Shown here: positions 1 to 11,086 of the stretch, in pieces
Layout of the letters: every line of letters begins with the position of its first letter
Numbering within the stretch: the stretch's first letter is position 1
DNA from: Nitrosopumilus sp.
GTDB taxonomy: Archaea; Thermoproteota; Nitrososphaeria; Nitrososphaerales; Nitrosopumilaceae
Direction: 5' to 3'
NCBI GenBank assembly: GCA_965218695.1
Contig: OZ244651.1
Location: 224,001-288,000, forward strand
Length of the DNA stretch: 64,000 nt
Position numbers and translations under genes: made by a program
Notes under the pieces: model-generated
Databases searched by the model: none
The model's input: only the letters and a program-made list of their open reading frames with translations
What the model was told of the DNA's origin: nothing

Positions 1-1061
1 GCGGGACGTGGAGAAGCTAAACAGCGGAAAGGTCGGCCACCCGTACGTGTTCTCAAACGCGTGCTTTGCAGCAGCGTTCCTGTTCAGGAATGCCACCGGC
101 ATCAGGTACAGGCAGCTCCAGGGCCTGGCAGAGACCGTGGTTGGCAAGGAAAACTCACCCACGTACTCGGCATTCCAGAAGAGGATTGCCAAGCTTGGCT
201 GCACCTTTGACGAGAAGGGTGCCGGCAACACGACTTCGGTGTGGTTTTCAGACGGCGGCGCCAGAACAGAGATCAGCCTGTTTGCATTTGACTCCACGGG
301 GCTCAAGCCCACAAACCGCGGCGACTGGATGACGGCAAAGTGGGGGACCCGGCGCGGGTTCATAAAGATGCACGTCGGCGTGGACGCCAAGACCAAAAAG
401 ATCTACGCCGTGGCAATCACTGACGACAGGTGCGGGGACTCTCCGCAGTTTGAGGAACTGGTGGAGCAGGCCTTTGCAAACGCAGAAAAATCACCAAGCG
501 CAGACACGTCTGCAGGCACCAGGGTGGCAGCCGACGGCGCGTACGACGCCAGGAAGATCCACAGGTACTGTGACGATCGCGGCATCTCCCCGCTGATTCC
601 AGTCCGCATAAACTTTGCCGGAAAGGCAAAAGGGTGCATGCCCCGCAAGAAGGCCGGATTCGAACAGCTTGGGGGGATGGACCACATTGACAAGACGGCC
701 GAGCGCGAGTTTGCCGGCCTTTCGCGTGAACAGAAAAGGGAATTCCAGAAGGCGTGGCGCGAGGAGTCCGGGTACAACCAGCGGTGGTCAGCCGAGATTA
801 CATTCTCCACGTTCAAGCGGGTGTTGGGCGAGTGCATAAGCGCCCGAAAATGGGAGAACGTCAAGGCCGAGATATACGGAAAGGTGCAGCTGTACAACCA
901 GATGATCGATACTGCCATTGACAACGGGTACGGCACGCCAAGGATCGTACAAGTCTACAGACCCGAATCAAGGACGGCAGGAAATGGAGGGGATGCAGGA
1001 CGATGACATAGGCAGTATTGTACAGACGGGTGTCTCTGGTTCATAATTAGGAAACAAAGTT
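1..1061 (+). mobile_element. IS5-family (IS903-like) element, left end outside window; transposase ORF 8..1006
   Basis: DDE motifs DSTG / VD / ADGAYD / RWSAE; homologous to the transposase at 16636; probable right TIR aattaggaaacaaagt at 1045-1060. Confidence 0.85.
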
Positions 1062-1109
1062 TGTGAACCAGCATGGTTTTAAATAGGGCTTTGGAAGGTT
1101 TTACACTAC

Positions 1110-1409
1110 ATGGCAACCAAGAAGCCCCACGGCCGCTCCCACGGGTTCAGACACAAGTCCAGATCCATTATGAAAAAGAAGGCACCGAGAGGCGTCTCGT
1201 TTCTGTTGCACGAATACCAGACAGGCCAGCAGGCACTTGTAATTATTGATCCTAGGCAGCACAAGGGGCTGCCGCACCGGAGATACCACGGCAAGGTTGG
1301 TGTGATAACCGATGTTGGCCGGCGAGCTGTAACACTTGATGTAAAACTTGGAAACAAATCGAAAACCTTAATCACTAGGCTGGATCATATAAAACCGTTC
1401 GGTGTATAG
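1110..1409 (+). CDS. rpl21e: 50S ribosomal protein L21e
   Basis: HG.R.KSR, HKGLPHRRYHGKVG, HIKP motifs; conserved rpl21e-rpo4-DUF655-rsmA order. Confidence 0.97.
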   Translation: MATKKPHGRSHGFRHKSRSIMKKKAPRGVSFLLHEYQTGQQALVIIDPRQHKGLPHRRYHGKVGVITDVGRRAVTLDVKLGNKSKTLITRLDHIKPFGV

Positions 1410-1413
1410 AGAT

Positions 1414-1740
1414 ATGGAAGAAATACAAAAAAGACAGGCAATCTCACTGCCAGAGGCCAAACAGATTCTGGGCAAGGTTGATCCCGAGGACATGGATCAG
1501 ATTCAGCGCTGGACGTTTGACTATGTATCAAAATTTACATCAATTGATTCTGATAGCGCCGGGAGGATGAAGAAGATACTCATAGAGGAATGCGAACTGA
1601 CCGAAGACGAGGCAGTTGAAATCGTAAACATCAGACCAACAAGTATGGCCGAACTTCGCTCCTTTACTTTTGGGTGGAAGAAGCTGATTCTTGCCGAGAC
1701 TCTGGAAAGAATACTTAAGATAATCCGGGAGCATTCCTGA
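1414..1740 (+). CDS. rpo4: RNA polymerase subunit Rpo4 (RpoF)
   Basis: ISLPEAK...QRWTFDYVSKF...EIVNIRP.S..ELR; operon context. Confidence 0.93.
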   Translation: MEEIQKRQAISLPEAKQILGKVDPEDMDQIQRWTFDYVSKFTSIDSDSAGRMKKILIEECELTEDEAVEIVNIRPTSMAELRSFTFGWKKLILAETLERILKIIREHS

Positions 1741-1760
1741 ATATTCAAGCGTGTTTAATC

Positions 1761-2327
1761 TTGGACCGGGCACAACAACCACCCAGAAGATATGAAGAAT
1801 ACACATATGTATTGGACTTTAACCCGCGGGGAAGATCGTCGACCATCCGCGGCAAGGATGGGATAATCGTGACTGCAATAGGGGAAGACCGGCTAACCCT
1901 CCTGGAGGTTCTCGGGGTGCCAAACTCGACATTTGATGTCGGGGAGCGGATCTACATTGGCAGGGAGGGGCGTACAAAGGTCCTCTCCGTATTGGGAAAG
2001 ATGGATTATTCCAGGATCTCAATGTCAGCGCAGAACGAACTGCCCGGAGTGGTTGAAAATATTGTGACTCGTAACGAGTCCAGGTTTGTTGAATATTTGA
2101 ACAACGCCAGACCCCTGACCCCAAGAATTCATGCATTGGAACTGATTCCGGGAATAGGCAAGATGTACATGAAGACAATGCTTGAGGAGCGGGAGATCAA
2201 AAAGTTTGAGAGCTACGAGGACCTGCAGGAACGTGTGGGACTCAAGGATCCGGTAAGGCACATCTCTGAAAGAATCATAGATGAGCTGACAGGACAGAGT
2301 CGGATGAATCTTTTTGTAAAGAAATGA
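1761..2327 (+). CDS. DUF655 putative RNA-binding protein
   Basis: EEYTYVLDF, AIGEDRLTLLE, HALELIPGIGK helix-hairpin-helix; TTG start. Confidence 0.92.
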   Translation: MDRAQQPPRRYEEYTYVLDFNPRGRSSTIRGKDGIIVTAIGEDRLTLLEVLGVPNSTFDVGERIYIGREGRTKVLSVLGKMDYSRISMSAQNELPGVVENIVTRNESRFVEYLNNARPLTPRIHALELIPGIGKMYMKTMLEEREIKKFESYEDLQERVGLKDPVRHISERIIDELTGQSRMNLFVKK

Positions 2328-3028
2328 CAAGGCAGCGACAACTGGGACAACACTTTCTAAACTCCGATTCCATTGCCAGACTGATAGTGTCTGAGGCCGG
2401 GATCACAAAGAATGATGTCGTCTTTGAACTGGGAACCGGTCTGGGAATACTCACGCCGCTGCTGTGCAGCATGGCAGGCCGTGTGATATCTATTGATGCT
2501 GACAGACAGCTTGCAGAGGATGCCAGATCCGCACTCTCTGATGTCAGAAACCTTGTCATACGGCACGGCGACGGCCTTGAGAGCACCTATAATTTTTCAA
2601 TCTTTGTATCAAACCTGCCATACTCTCGAAGCAGGGATGCAATCGAGTGGCTGGCCCAGAGGCAGTTCTCCCACGGAGTAATAATGGTTCAGCGGGAGTT
2701 TGCAGAAAAGCTGTTTGCCGTATCCTCTGCAAGAAGGGCAGTAAGCATAGTGGCCATGCATGCATTTGACATCCGGGTGATCTCTTCGGTGGGCAGGAAC
2801 AACTTCAAGCCGCCTCCCAAGGTCGGTTCTGTGATTCTGGGAATAACAAAAAGAGGCAGTCTGGACGAGGAACAGATACAAACCATCAACAGAATCTTCT
2901 CGTACAGGCGCAAGACTGTGAAAAACGTTTTACGGCAGTTCGGACTGGATTCAACAGAATGCCAACGAATAGACGACCTTTCAGGAGATGAGATAGTCGG
3001 CATTGCAAACCGGATTCTTGGCAGATGA
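2324..3028 (+). CDS. rsmA: 16S rRNA dimethyladenosine transferase
   Basis: LGQHFL, ELGTGLG, VSNLPY, F.PPPKV.S motifs. Confidence 0.95.
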   Translation: MTRQRQLGQHFLNSDSIARLIVSEAGITKNDVVFELGTGLGILTPLLCSMAGRVISIDADRQLAEDARSALSDVRNLVIRHGDGLESTYNFSIFVSNLPYSRSRDAIEWLAQRQFSHGVIMVQREFAEKLFAVSSARRAVSIVAMHAFDIRVISSVGRNNFKPPPKVGSVILGITKRGSLDEEQIQTINRIFSYRRKTVKNVLRQFGLDSTECQRIDDLSGDEIVGIANRILGR

Positions 3029-3536
3029 CGAGTATACCCCGTCTGAGGACACCTTCTTCATGGCAGATCACCTTGAAGACGAGACAGGTAGCATGGCACT
3101 GGATGTGGGAAGCGGCTCGGGATATCTGACCAAGCTGCTCTGCAGAAACTTTTCGCTGGTGGTGGGAACCGACATCAACTTCGGCGTATTAAGCAGACAG
3201 ACATACCGGACAGAAAACTTGGTGTGCTGTAATGGATCCGATGCCCTGCGGGCAAGGTTTGATCTCATAGTCTGCAACCTGCCGTATCTTGCAACCGATG
3301 AAATACTGGATGCTACAACCGACGGCGGTCCCGAGGGCTTTGAGATCCCCAAAAGAATCCTTGACTCCGTATGCGGGAATATTCAAAATAACGGCAAGTT
3401 TGTCTTTGTGACGTCCTCGCTGTCAAACCATGAACGACTGATCTGCTACACCCAAAGCCTGGGGCTGAGGACCAGGATAGTTGCAAGAAAGAGACTCTTT
3501 TTTGAGGAACTGATTCTTGTAGAGGCGGCACGCTGA
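3003..3536 (+). CDS. HemK-family (release factor glutamine) methyltransferase
   Basis: YTPSEDT, DVGSGSG, NLPYL, GG.EG motifs. Confidence 0.88.
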   Translation: MQTGFLADDEYTPSEDTFFMADHLEDETGSMALDVGSGSGYLTKLLCRNFSLVVGTDINFGVLSRQTYRTENLVCCNGSDALRARFDLIVCNLPYLATDEILDATTDGGPEGFEIPKRILDSVCGNIQNNGKFVFVTSSLSNHERLICYTQSLGLRTRIVARKRLFFEELILVEAAR

Positions 3537-3537
3537 A

Positions 3538-4569
3538 TTATCTTCTGAGCATACCGACTGCATATGCGATTATGGCATCTGTCATCTGTGTTGTTGAGGC
3601 GCTGCCTCCGATATCCCACGTTACGGCCCTGCCCTCGTTGACTACCCGCTCTGTTGCAGAAAATACCGCATCCCTGATTGCAGTCTCTCCCAGATAGTCT
3701 GCCATCCAGGCTCCTGAAAGGATGGCCGCAGTAGGATTTACCTTGTTCTGGCCTGCAAACTGCGGCGCACTGCCGTGTGCGGCCTCAAACATCGCAAAGT
3801 CGTCACCCATGTTTGCCGAATAAATGAGCCCTATGGATCCCACCAGTCCTGATACAAGCTCCGAGATTATGTCCATGAACAGGTTTGTACTTACCAGGAC
3901 GGTCCCGTTGAACTGCTCCGGGGCCACAACCAGCTGTTGTGCCATATTGTCTATGTATATCTCCGATACCTCCACATCCGTCCCTTCTGCGGCCCTTACT
4001 GCGGCATTCCAGAATATGCCGTCAGTCTGTTTCAGGATGTTCCTCTTGGTTATTGCCACCATCTTCTTCATATCGTGATCCCTGGCCCACTCCATTGCAG
4101 AGTTGAGCAGCCTGTCGCACCCGCTTCTTGTTATCTTTCTGATGGCAATTGCATCGTCATCTGTAATCTTGGTCTCGATGCCTGCATACAGCCCCTCGGT
4201 GGCCTCCCTGAAGCATACGCAGTCGAGTTTCCTGCCCGGGGTCAGCCTCTCAAAGGTCTTTGCAGGCCTGATGTTGGCGTACAGGTTGAACTTTTGGCGC
4301 AGAGTGACTGCAACGCTTCTTGGCGCATCTGGAACGGGAATAGTCGTGGTCGGACCCTTGAAGCATGCATCCGAGTCTTCCAGAATCTTGGCAGTCCCTT
4401 CCGGAATGTATGATGAATCTCTCCTGCCGTTCCTGTCCCACTGCTCGGATCCTGCATCGCACAGGATGATCTCAGACTGGACGTTGCACTCCCTGAGAAC
4501 CCTGAGCATCGAGTCTACGACCTCTGGCCCGATCCCGTCTCCCCTCATCACTGCAGTCTTTTTGCCCAA
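3538..4569 (-). CDS. Isocitrate/isopropylmalate (beta-decarboxylating) dehydrogenase family
   Basis: GDGIGPEV, LYANIRP, NLFMDIISE, FEAAHGSAP, NPTA motifs. Confidence 0.92.
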   Translation of the reverse strand: MGKKTAVMRGDGIGPEVVDSMLRVLRECNVQSEIILCDAGSEQWDRNGRRDSSYIPEGTAKILEDSDACFKGPTTTIPVPDAPRSVAVTLRQKFNLYANIRPAKTFERLTPGRKLDCVCFREATEGLYAGIETKITDDDAIAIRKITRSGCDRLLNSAMEWARDHDMKKMVAITKRNILKQTDGIFWNAAVRAAEGTDVEVSEIYIDNMAQQLVVAPEQFNGTVLVSTNLFMDIISELVSGLVGSIGLIYSANMGDDFAMFEAAHGSAPQFAGQNKVNPTAAILSGAWMADYLGETAIRDAVFSATERVVNEGRAVTWDIGGSASTTQMTDAIIAYAVGMLRR

Positions 4570-4700
4570 AACTGTCAGGCCTTACGGCGTTTATTATTTA
4601 ATCCTACTCCAGCTAAGCGAAATGTGCTTTGATCTAGGCAAAATCTGACAAGAATGCAAGCAGATCAATAAGGGTACGGCCCTATGGTTTTTGTTGTCTA

Positions 4701-5801
4701 TACTGACACGCAAAAGTCTTTGAGCAAATGCCCTAGCCAACCGCAAAGTTTCTAGATCAGACTTTCTTTCATGGAGACATGGACGACTCCAAACTGGAAG
4801 AACTAAAAAAAGCGTGCAAAAAAGAAAAAGACCACAAGGTTCGGGCTAGGATGGTCACGGTACGCATGGTTCGCGTGTTCAACATGACCGTGGAGGAGAC
4901 TGCCGACATCCAAGGACGGAGCCCAAACTGGGTCCGCAACTGGTTGAGCCGCTTCGATGACGGAGGCCTGCAAGGCCTCCGTGATCTTCCCAGATGCGGA
5001 CGGCCCAGAAAGATCCCGCAAGACGTCATCGACGGAATAATTGCAAAGACGGCATGCCATAAAATCACGCCCTCGGAACTGCAACAGAACATACACCATG
5101 ACACGGGCGTAAAGCTTCACATCACGTACGTCAGGAAGATCATGCACCAGTACGGCCTGTCCCCGAAGGCACCACGGAAAGTCCATGTTAACAGGGCCAA
5201 CAAAAAGGCCGTGCAGAACTGGAAATACCGCTTCAACAAGCGCGTTTCACGCCTAGAAAAGGAGGGATTTACCACGGTAATGGAGGACGAGGCAATCTTC
5301 ATACACGACGTGATAGTCGGCCGTAAATATTGGTCCCTGGTGGGCCATCCCATAAGCGTGCCGTACACCGGCAGCCACAAGAGGATCGCAGCGTACGGCT
5401 CGATCGCAAAAGACGGCAGGCAGTTTTTCCGGACGTACGAGAAATTTGACGGACCCACGTTTGTCAGATACCTCAAGGATCTGCACCGGCATTTTGGCAA
5501 GGTGGTAGTGACGGCAGACCGGGCCCCGCAGCACCGCTCAAAACTGGTAAAGGAATTTCTGCGCAGCAACAGGGATGTCAAGATGATCTATCTGCCAAAG
5601 GGCTCGCCGTACCTCAACGCGATGGAGGAATGCTGGCACCAAGGAAAGCGCGTCCTGCTCGTCTCGGAATATTACCGGACATTTCAGGACATGCACCGGG
5701 CAGTTTCGTTGTATTATCGAACCGCCAGGTTCAAGCTTGACATCCTCAAATTTACCAGCCGAAAATATGAGGCATTGTGCACAAACTTTTGATCGTCAGT
5801 A
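4701..5801 (+). mobile_element. IS630-family element, transposase 4779..5792
   Basis: HTH plus DE(A) / D / SPYLNAMEE DDE triad; TIR tactgac..caaaagt; TA duplication at 4699-4700 and 5802-5803. Confidence 0.93.
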
Positions 5802-5934
5802 TAGACAAAAAACCAAGCAGGGCCGCGATCTACTGAACAATCCAAGAATATATCAAGATGTCGCAAGCGGCATGAAAAACATGCTTGCCTGCGCCAACAC
5901 GTCAAACAGGTACAATGCGGTATTTGGAACAGAC

Positions 5935-7698
5935 GTAATTGTTTCGCTTTTTGAAGTAACCGGATGGCCTAGCGGACATCCATGGTACCGGGAATGAATC
6001 TAATAATTTCGTACTCGGGATGACAAAGTTAGACCATCGCGATCCAAGTACGAGTGGGTGCCAGTCCCTTCGATCTTTGGAAATGAAGGAACCAGCACGC
6101 CGAACATGCTTGGAGGCGGAGGAATTTAAGGCAATGCACGAACACTCCTTGCCGCAAATCCCGCTGGATGCCGGGGCGTGCATGGAACCAGGGTGCAGGT
6201 GCTGCCTGCACTGGGCAAAAATGTTCGGCGACGTGCTAGGCCCAACCCGCAAGATCCTGGAGGCAGCCTGCGAAATTGCAGGCGAGTCGGGCGCAGACTG
6301 GAAGGAGGCCGGGCGCCTGCAGGCGCTCGTCTCGTCCCTCACAGAGGACAACAAGAGGTACGCCAAGACAAACAGGGATCTCAACGCCAAGGCAAACGGG
6401 ATCAGCGTCCCCGCGCCCAAGAAGAAGGCCGGTCAGGGAAAGAAGGCCGCCGGCAGGCCCAAGGGGCAGAAACCCACCGTCAACTGCAGGCCAAAGCGCG
6501 TGGACCGCGTCGAGGAGATCGACTGCAAGGAGTGCCCCGACTGCGGCGGCGGGCTCTCTGGGAGGGTGACTGCCGAGTACGATCGCATCGTGACTGTCAT
6601 GCGCGTCCTGTTGGAGAACGTCAGGTACGTCATCAAGCGGCGCTGGTGCCGCGTGTGCAAAAGACAGGTCTCCGGGAGGGTTCCCGGCGCGGCAAAACAC
6701 GCGCGCCGTTCATCAAACTTTGACGCGGTCATGACGTCCCTGAACATGAATGGCATGTCGCATGCCAGGACCGCAGAATTTGGCGGCGACGCGTTGGGGC
6801 ACGTAACCTCGCGCTCGTCTGCCTACCGCGGCAAGATCAGGCAGGCCGGGCGCATGGCGCCGGAACGCGATTCGGTAAGGGAGCGCGTGCTGGAGGCGCC
6901 ACACCTGAACGTAGACGAGTTTCACTGGCCGCTGGGCGGCAAGCGCGGCTACGGGATAGTGGCTCTGGCAAAAAATCACTGCCTCGTGGAGGTGGCCGAC
7001 TCGCGGGACATCAAGACGCTCCGCCAGACGCTCCCGGGCTACCGGGGAACCATAACGCAGGACTCGTATCCCGGGTGGCTCCACGTGGGATCGTGCCGCC
7101 AGATGTGCGTGTGGCACCAGGAACGCCTGGTGCAAAAGGACGTCCTGACCAACCCCGGGGGTGACGTTCCGGCGTTTCTGGACAGGCTGTCGGCAATCCA
7201 CATGAAGATTTACCGCGCCTCCAGGATCAAGGACCGGCACCCAAGGATCGTCGCTGCCCGCTGCATAGACGCGGAGCTGCGCGAGCTGATGAACGAACCG
7301 TTTGCAGGCGACGGGGACGGCACCATCGCCCGGCACAAGAAGAGGTACCCGCGGGAGGGATATTTCATGACCACCTGCCTGCACGTGGACGGCATCGAGC
7401 CTGACAACAACGCAGTCGAGAGGGCCAACCGGAGGTTCGTGGCCGTAAGGAGCGACGGGGGCGGGAACCGCTCCAGGAAGGGCATGGATGCCAACTCGAT
7501 CCTGTTCACGCTGCTGGCAACTGACAGGATCAACAAGGACAGCTTCTTTGATCACCTGGTCCGCTCGTCTTCCGGGGACGGATGAGGCGCCGTCCGACGG
7601 CACGTGCAGTGCGTCACGGGGAAAAAGAGTCCACGGTAAGGGGAAGGCTGCACCCGCTCCGCTGCCAAGCAGCCCACTTCAAAAAGCGAAACTATTAC
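5935..7698 (+). mobile_element. IS66-family single-ORF (TnpC-only) element, transposase 6020..7585
   Basis: GTAA...TTAC ends, 23-bp TIR with 1 mismatch, 8-bp TSD gaacagac at 5927-5934 and 7699-7706; CPDCGG zinc finger, NNAVER motif. Confidence 0.93.
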
Positions 7699-8834
7699 GA
7701 ACAGACGATCTAAATCACGGCATGCTGAGGGGAGCCACCATGGATTCGTCCGTAGGCGGGTGCGCAAACGCGGTAAAGCGCACGCACTGCGACGCTCCCT
7801 CCGACAGGTGGCATGCATCGGCAATCAAGGGGATGGAGCAGGGCACGGTTCAGCGCGCATTCGAAGAAATGGTGGCAGTGCAACTTGACACATTCAAAAA
7901 ACTGGGCAAATTCCCAAAAGAAGGACTGGACATCGCAATCGACATGCACCTCATACCGCGTTATGACCGGGCACCCGGAGGGGAGCTGACCCGTTCCAAA
8001 TACAAAAACGGAACCACGTATTTTGAGCGTTACATGACAGTCCAGTGCGTAAACGACAAGATGCGCATGGTCCTTGCAGCATCATACCTCAAAAGGCTCG
8101 AATTCGTGCCTGATTACGTGGATGCAGTCCTCAAGACCATGGCAGGGATGGGCATCAGGATCCGCCTGGCGCTGCTTGACCGGGAATTCTTCTCAGTCGA
8201 CACGATAAGCAGGCTGCGGGCAAACGGCGTAAGGTACCTGATGCCGTGCAGGAACACGCCCAACGTGGTGGAAGCCCTGCAGGATTTTGCACAAGGAAAG
8301 AGGGAAAGGATCTCAACAAACGTGATTGAGAACAACCAGGGCTCCGTCGAATATTCCATGATAATAACTGAAAGAAAAAACGCCAAAGACCCTGATGTCC
8401 CGGAAGAGAAATACATCGGGTTTGCAACAAACCACCCCACAATCAAGACGGAGGCTTATGCCAAAAGATGGGGAATAGAGACCGGGTACGGTAAAATCGA
8501 GGAGTGCAGGGCCAAGACGCGGATTTCGGACATGGAATCGCGGATGTTGTGTTTTTACTATTCCCTAACATTGTACAATGAATGGATAATCGTCAGGGCA
8601 ATGCTTTCTGACGGTACCGAAAGGCAGAGTGTCATGACCATGCTCACGTTCAAGGTGCAGTTGGAATCACTCCTCATACGCCAGTCCAAACCGCCTACCT
8701 GATCTCAGATGAGGCACTTTTCGCTTAGCTGTACTCTGAATGTTCAGGTACAGGCCTTCCGGCCGTGATGTAATACATGATCCGTACTTTCTATAGATTC
8801 GATTTAATACGTGATGCAGCCATGACAAATCTAA

Positions 8835-9584
8835 ATGCTGATTGTCCAGATATCTGATCTCCATGTAGGCTCCCAGTTCCTGCCAGAAAAGTTTGGTGTT
8901 TTGGAAGACGAGATCAACGGACTGAATCCGGATGTCATCGTCGTTACGGGGGATCTGACCAACGAGGGCCTGGTAGGCGAGTATGAGCGGTGCAGGACGC
9001 TGCTGGAGAGGCTTTCGACGGGGAGGAGGATGATTGCAGTCAGCGGAAACCATGACTACCGAAACACCGGCTACCTGCTGTTCAAAAAATTCTTTCCGTT
9101 TGAGCCGGTAAACGAGCTTGATGATGACACCGTTCTGGTCACTGTGGGAACTGCCAGACCGGACAGAAACGAGGGGGAGGTGGGATACAGGCAGAACCTC
9201 TGGCTGGAGCGAACCATGAAAAAGTATGCAGACCGGGTAAAGATTGTTGCAATGCATCACCACCTTATTGCCATTCCTGATACGGGATCGGATCAGCTTA
9301 CTGTGGTTGATGCAGGCGACGTACTGCGGACCGTACTGGATGCCGGGGTGGACGTTGTCATGTGCGGACACAAGCACAGGCCGTGGGCGTGGAACCTTGG
9401 CACCCTGACTGTCCTCAATGCAGGCACCCCCACATCCGAACGGGTACGCGGCCTGTTTGAGAACACCTACAACATCATCAGCATCTCCAACAGGCAGATA
9501 AGCATAGATCTCAAGATTGTAGGCGGAAAAAGGATCCCAATGGAGGAATTTGTGAGAGACTACAGCCAATCTCGCGTCGAATGA
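8835..9584 (+). CDS. Calcineurin-like metallophosphoesterase
   Basis: SDLH, TGD, GNHD, HH, GHKH motifs. Confidence 0.93.
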   Translation: MLIVQISDLHVGSQFLPEKFGVLEDEINGLNPDVIVVTGDLTNEGLVGEYERCRTLLERLSTGRRMIAVSGNHDYRNTGYLLFKKFFPFEPVNELDDDTVLVTVGTARPDRNEGEVGYRQNLWLERTMKKYADRVKIVAMHHHLIAIPDTGSDQLTVVDAGDVLRTVLDAGVDVVMCGHKHRPWAWNLGTLTVLNAGTPTSERVRGLFENTYNIISISNRQISIDLKIVGGKRIPMEEFVRDYSQSRVE

Positions 9585-9615
9585 TTTTTTTAGATACTGA
9601 TTCTAGGGCTCTTGT

Positions 9616-9702
9616 GCGGGGATCGCCTAGCCTGGTAGGGCGTGGGATTGCTAATCCCATGTCCGCAAGGACACGGGGGTTCAAATCCCCCTCCCCGCGC
9701 CA
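9616..9702 (+). tRNA. tRNA-Ser(GCT)
   Basis: Cloverleaf with GCGGGGA/TCCCCGC acceptor stem, TTGCTAA anticodon loop, long variable arm, GGTTCAAATCC T-loop, encoded CCA. Confidence 0.96.
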
Positions 9703-10158
9703 TTAAAACTTTATAGTGAGTTCCAGAAGAGTTATTCCATGGGACGAAGAAAGACTCAAAAGATTATTCGCACTGGCCCAAAGAACGCAACCACGGGAAT
9801 GTGTCCACTCTGCAAGACCATTGGCAGGGTGTTTCTCCTTGGCCCCCCCGGAGAAGAGAGGGGAAAGTGTGAAAAGTGCCGTCAGGAATTTGAATTATAG
9901 CCTTGCATGAAATCTGCCCTGATTTTTACAGTCCGCCGGCACCTGTCGCCGGATGCGCAGATCGCATGCGTCCTGACCGACCCATGCATTCTGAAGCCTC
10001 ATTCCAGAAACCCCCATGCAAGCACTGCATGTCCGTAGCATGCCTGTCCGATTTGTGCCTGCGCCTTCAGGCATCATCATCATCCTAGGAGTATCGTGCG
10101 TGAGGGATCCCGTGCCAAACCATTAACTTTTTAAGAAAAATCATTTCCATAGATCTGT

Positions 10159-10332
10159 ATGGATCCTCCTGAAGCAGAAACGGTATATGGTCGTGTTGCA
10201 AAACTTGAAGACGAGGTCGCCCTTCTTAGAAGCGAGATCGATATCATAAAAAAGGCAATGAGAAGCAAGATTATACGCCATGAGATAGCGATGATCAAGA
10301 ACGGCGCAGATGTAAATTCTATAGTTGATTGA
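10159..10332 (+). CDS. Small coiled-coil hypothetical protein (57 aa, MDPPEAETVYGRVAKLEDEV...)
   Basis: Manually translated ORF below the track cutoff; upstream TTTTAA box; heptad-like pattern. Confidence 0.7.
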   Translation: MDPPEAETVYGRVAKLEDEVALLRSEIDIIKKAMRSKIIRHEIAMIKNGADVNSIVD

Positions 10333-11086
10333 TCCTTTGTTTTGTCTCGTTGATCAACTCTAGAACGAAATCCATATCATCTGCATCCGGACTGATCTCC
10401 AGATATCTTGCAAGATCCTCCAGTCCCTGTTCCGGATTTGACATCCTGCACTCCAGAATCCCCCTGTCCCTGATGTCCGGAGGGGACTCTGGCATGACGG
10501 CCAGGATCATGTTTGTGCACCTGAGCGCCCTGTCATAATCAAGCATCCTGGCATAGGAATCCCTTGCCTCGTGCATCATCTCCACAAGAATCCATCTCTG
10601 GTTCATCTGTCCGGAGGCCCCGTGCCGCATCCTGTCTTGTTGCTGCAGTAGCAGCCTGCCGCGGGCCGTATCAAGGATCATGCCGCCGCATTCCACCATG
10701 ACAGATTCTGCATTCCTGAAAATCACAGCGTCCAGTCCGACAAATCTTGCAACCTCTGCATACAGGACGGCCATGCACATGACAGTCCCCCTCCTCCTGT
10801 CAATCAGGTTGTTTAGGAACGTGCCGGATGCATCACCATCTGCATCAAAGCCCAGATTCCCAAAGAGATGCTCGTTTAGCATCCGGACCCTGTCTGCCGG
10901 ATCATTAATGGCTCCTGCCTGCTCCCTCAGGGACATCCCAATCCTGCCTACTCTTCGGACATATTCGTCCACATCAAGATCCGGATGCTCCAGAATCTGT
11001 GCCGTCTTTAGCGCCTTTTCAACCAGATTGAATCCGGGATTCTCCACAAACGAGAGCCATTCGGCTACAAGCGGATCAAACTTCAA
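10319..11086 (-). CDS. SirB1/transglutaminase-like protein with C-terminal TPR
   Basis: LNEHLF..LGF, NLIDRRRG, RDRG..., YLE.SP.A.D; TTG start overlapping the upstream stop. Confidence 0.8.
   Translation of the reverse strand: MKFDPLVAEWLSFVENPGFNLVEKALKTAQILEHPDLDVDEYVRRVGRIGMSLREQAGAINDPADRVRMLNEHLFGNLGFDADGDASGTFLNNLIDRRRGTVMCMAVLYAEVARFVGLDAVIFRNAESVMVECGGMILDTARGRLLLQQQDRMRHGASGQMNQRWILVEMMHEARDSYARMLDYDRALRCTNMILAVMPESPPDIRDRGILECRMSNPEQGLEDLARYLEISPDADDMDFVLELINETKQRINQL

Larger units (their letters stand above)
4693..8702 (+). pseudogene. ISH3 transposase split into three pieces (~4693-4700, 5804-5934, 7707-8702)
   Basis: N-terminal piece RDLLNNPRIYQDV matches the intact paralogue at 33730-34920; C-terminal piece has AIDMH, LLDREF, RWGIETGY. 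Confidence 0.88.
4610..8731 (+). mobile_element. ISH3-family element interrupted by IS630 and IS66
   Basis: TIR cagctaagcgaaatgtgc / gcacttttcgcttagctg (17/18); 5-bp TSD tactc at 4605-4609 and 8732-8736. Confidence 0.92.

Noticed and set aside
7488-7706. Novel N-terminus of the 404-aa ORF 7488..8702
   Set aside because: Chance open frame through the IS66 right end. The real N-terminus lies before 5935.
9703-10140. Integrated element at tRNA-Ser and small ORFs after it
   Set aside because: No duplicated tRNA 3' end or integrase seen, and the ORFs have no recognisable features.
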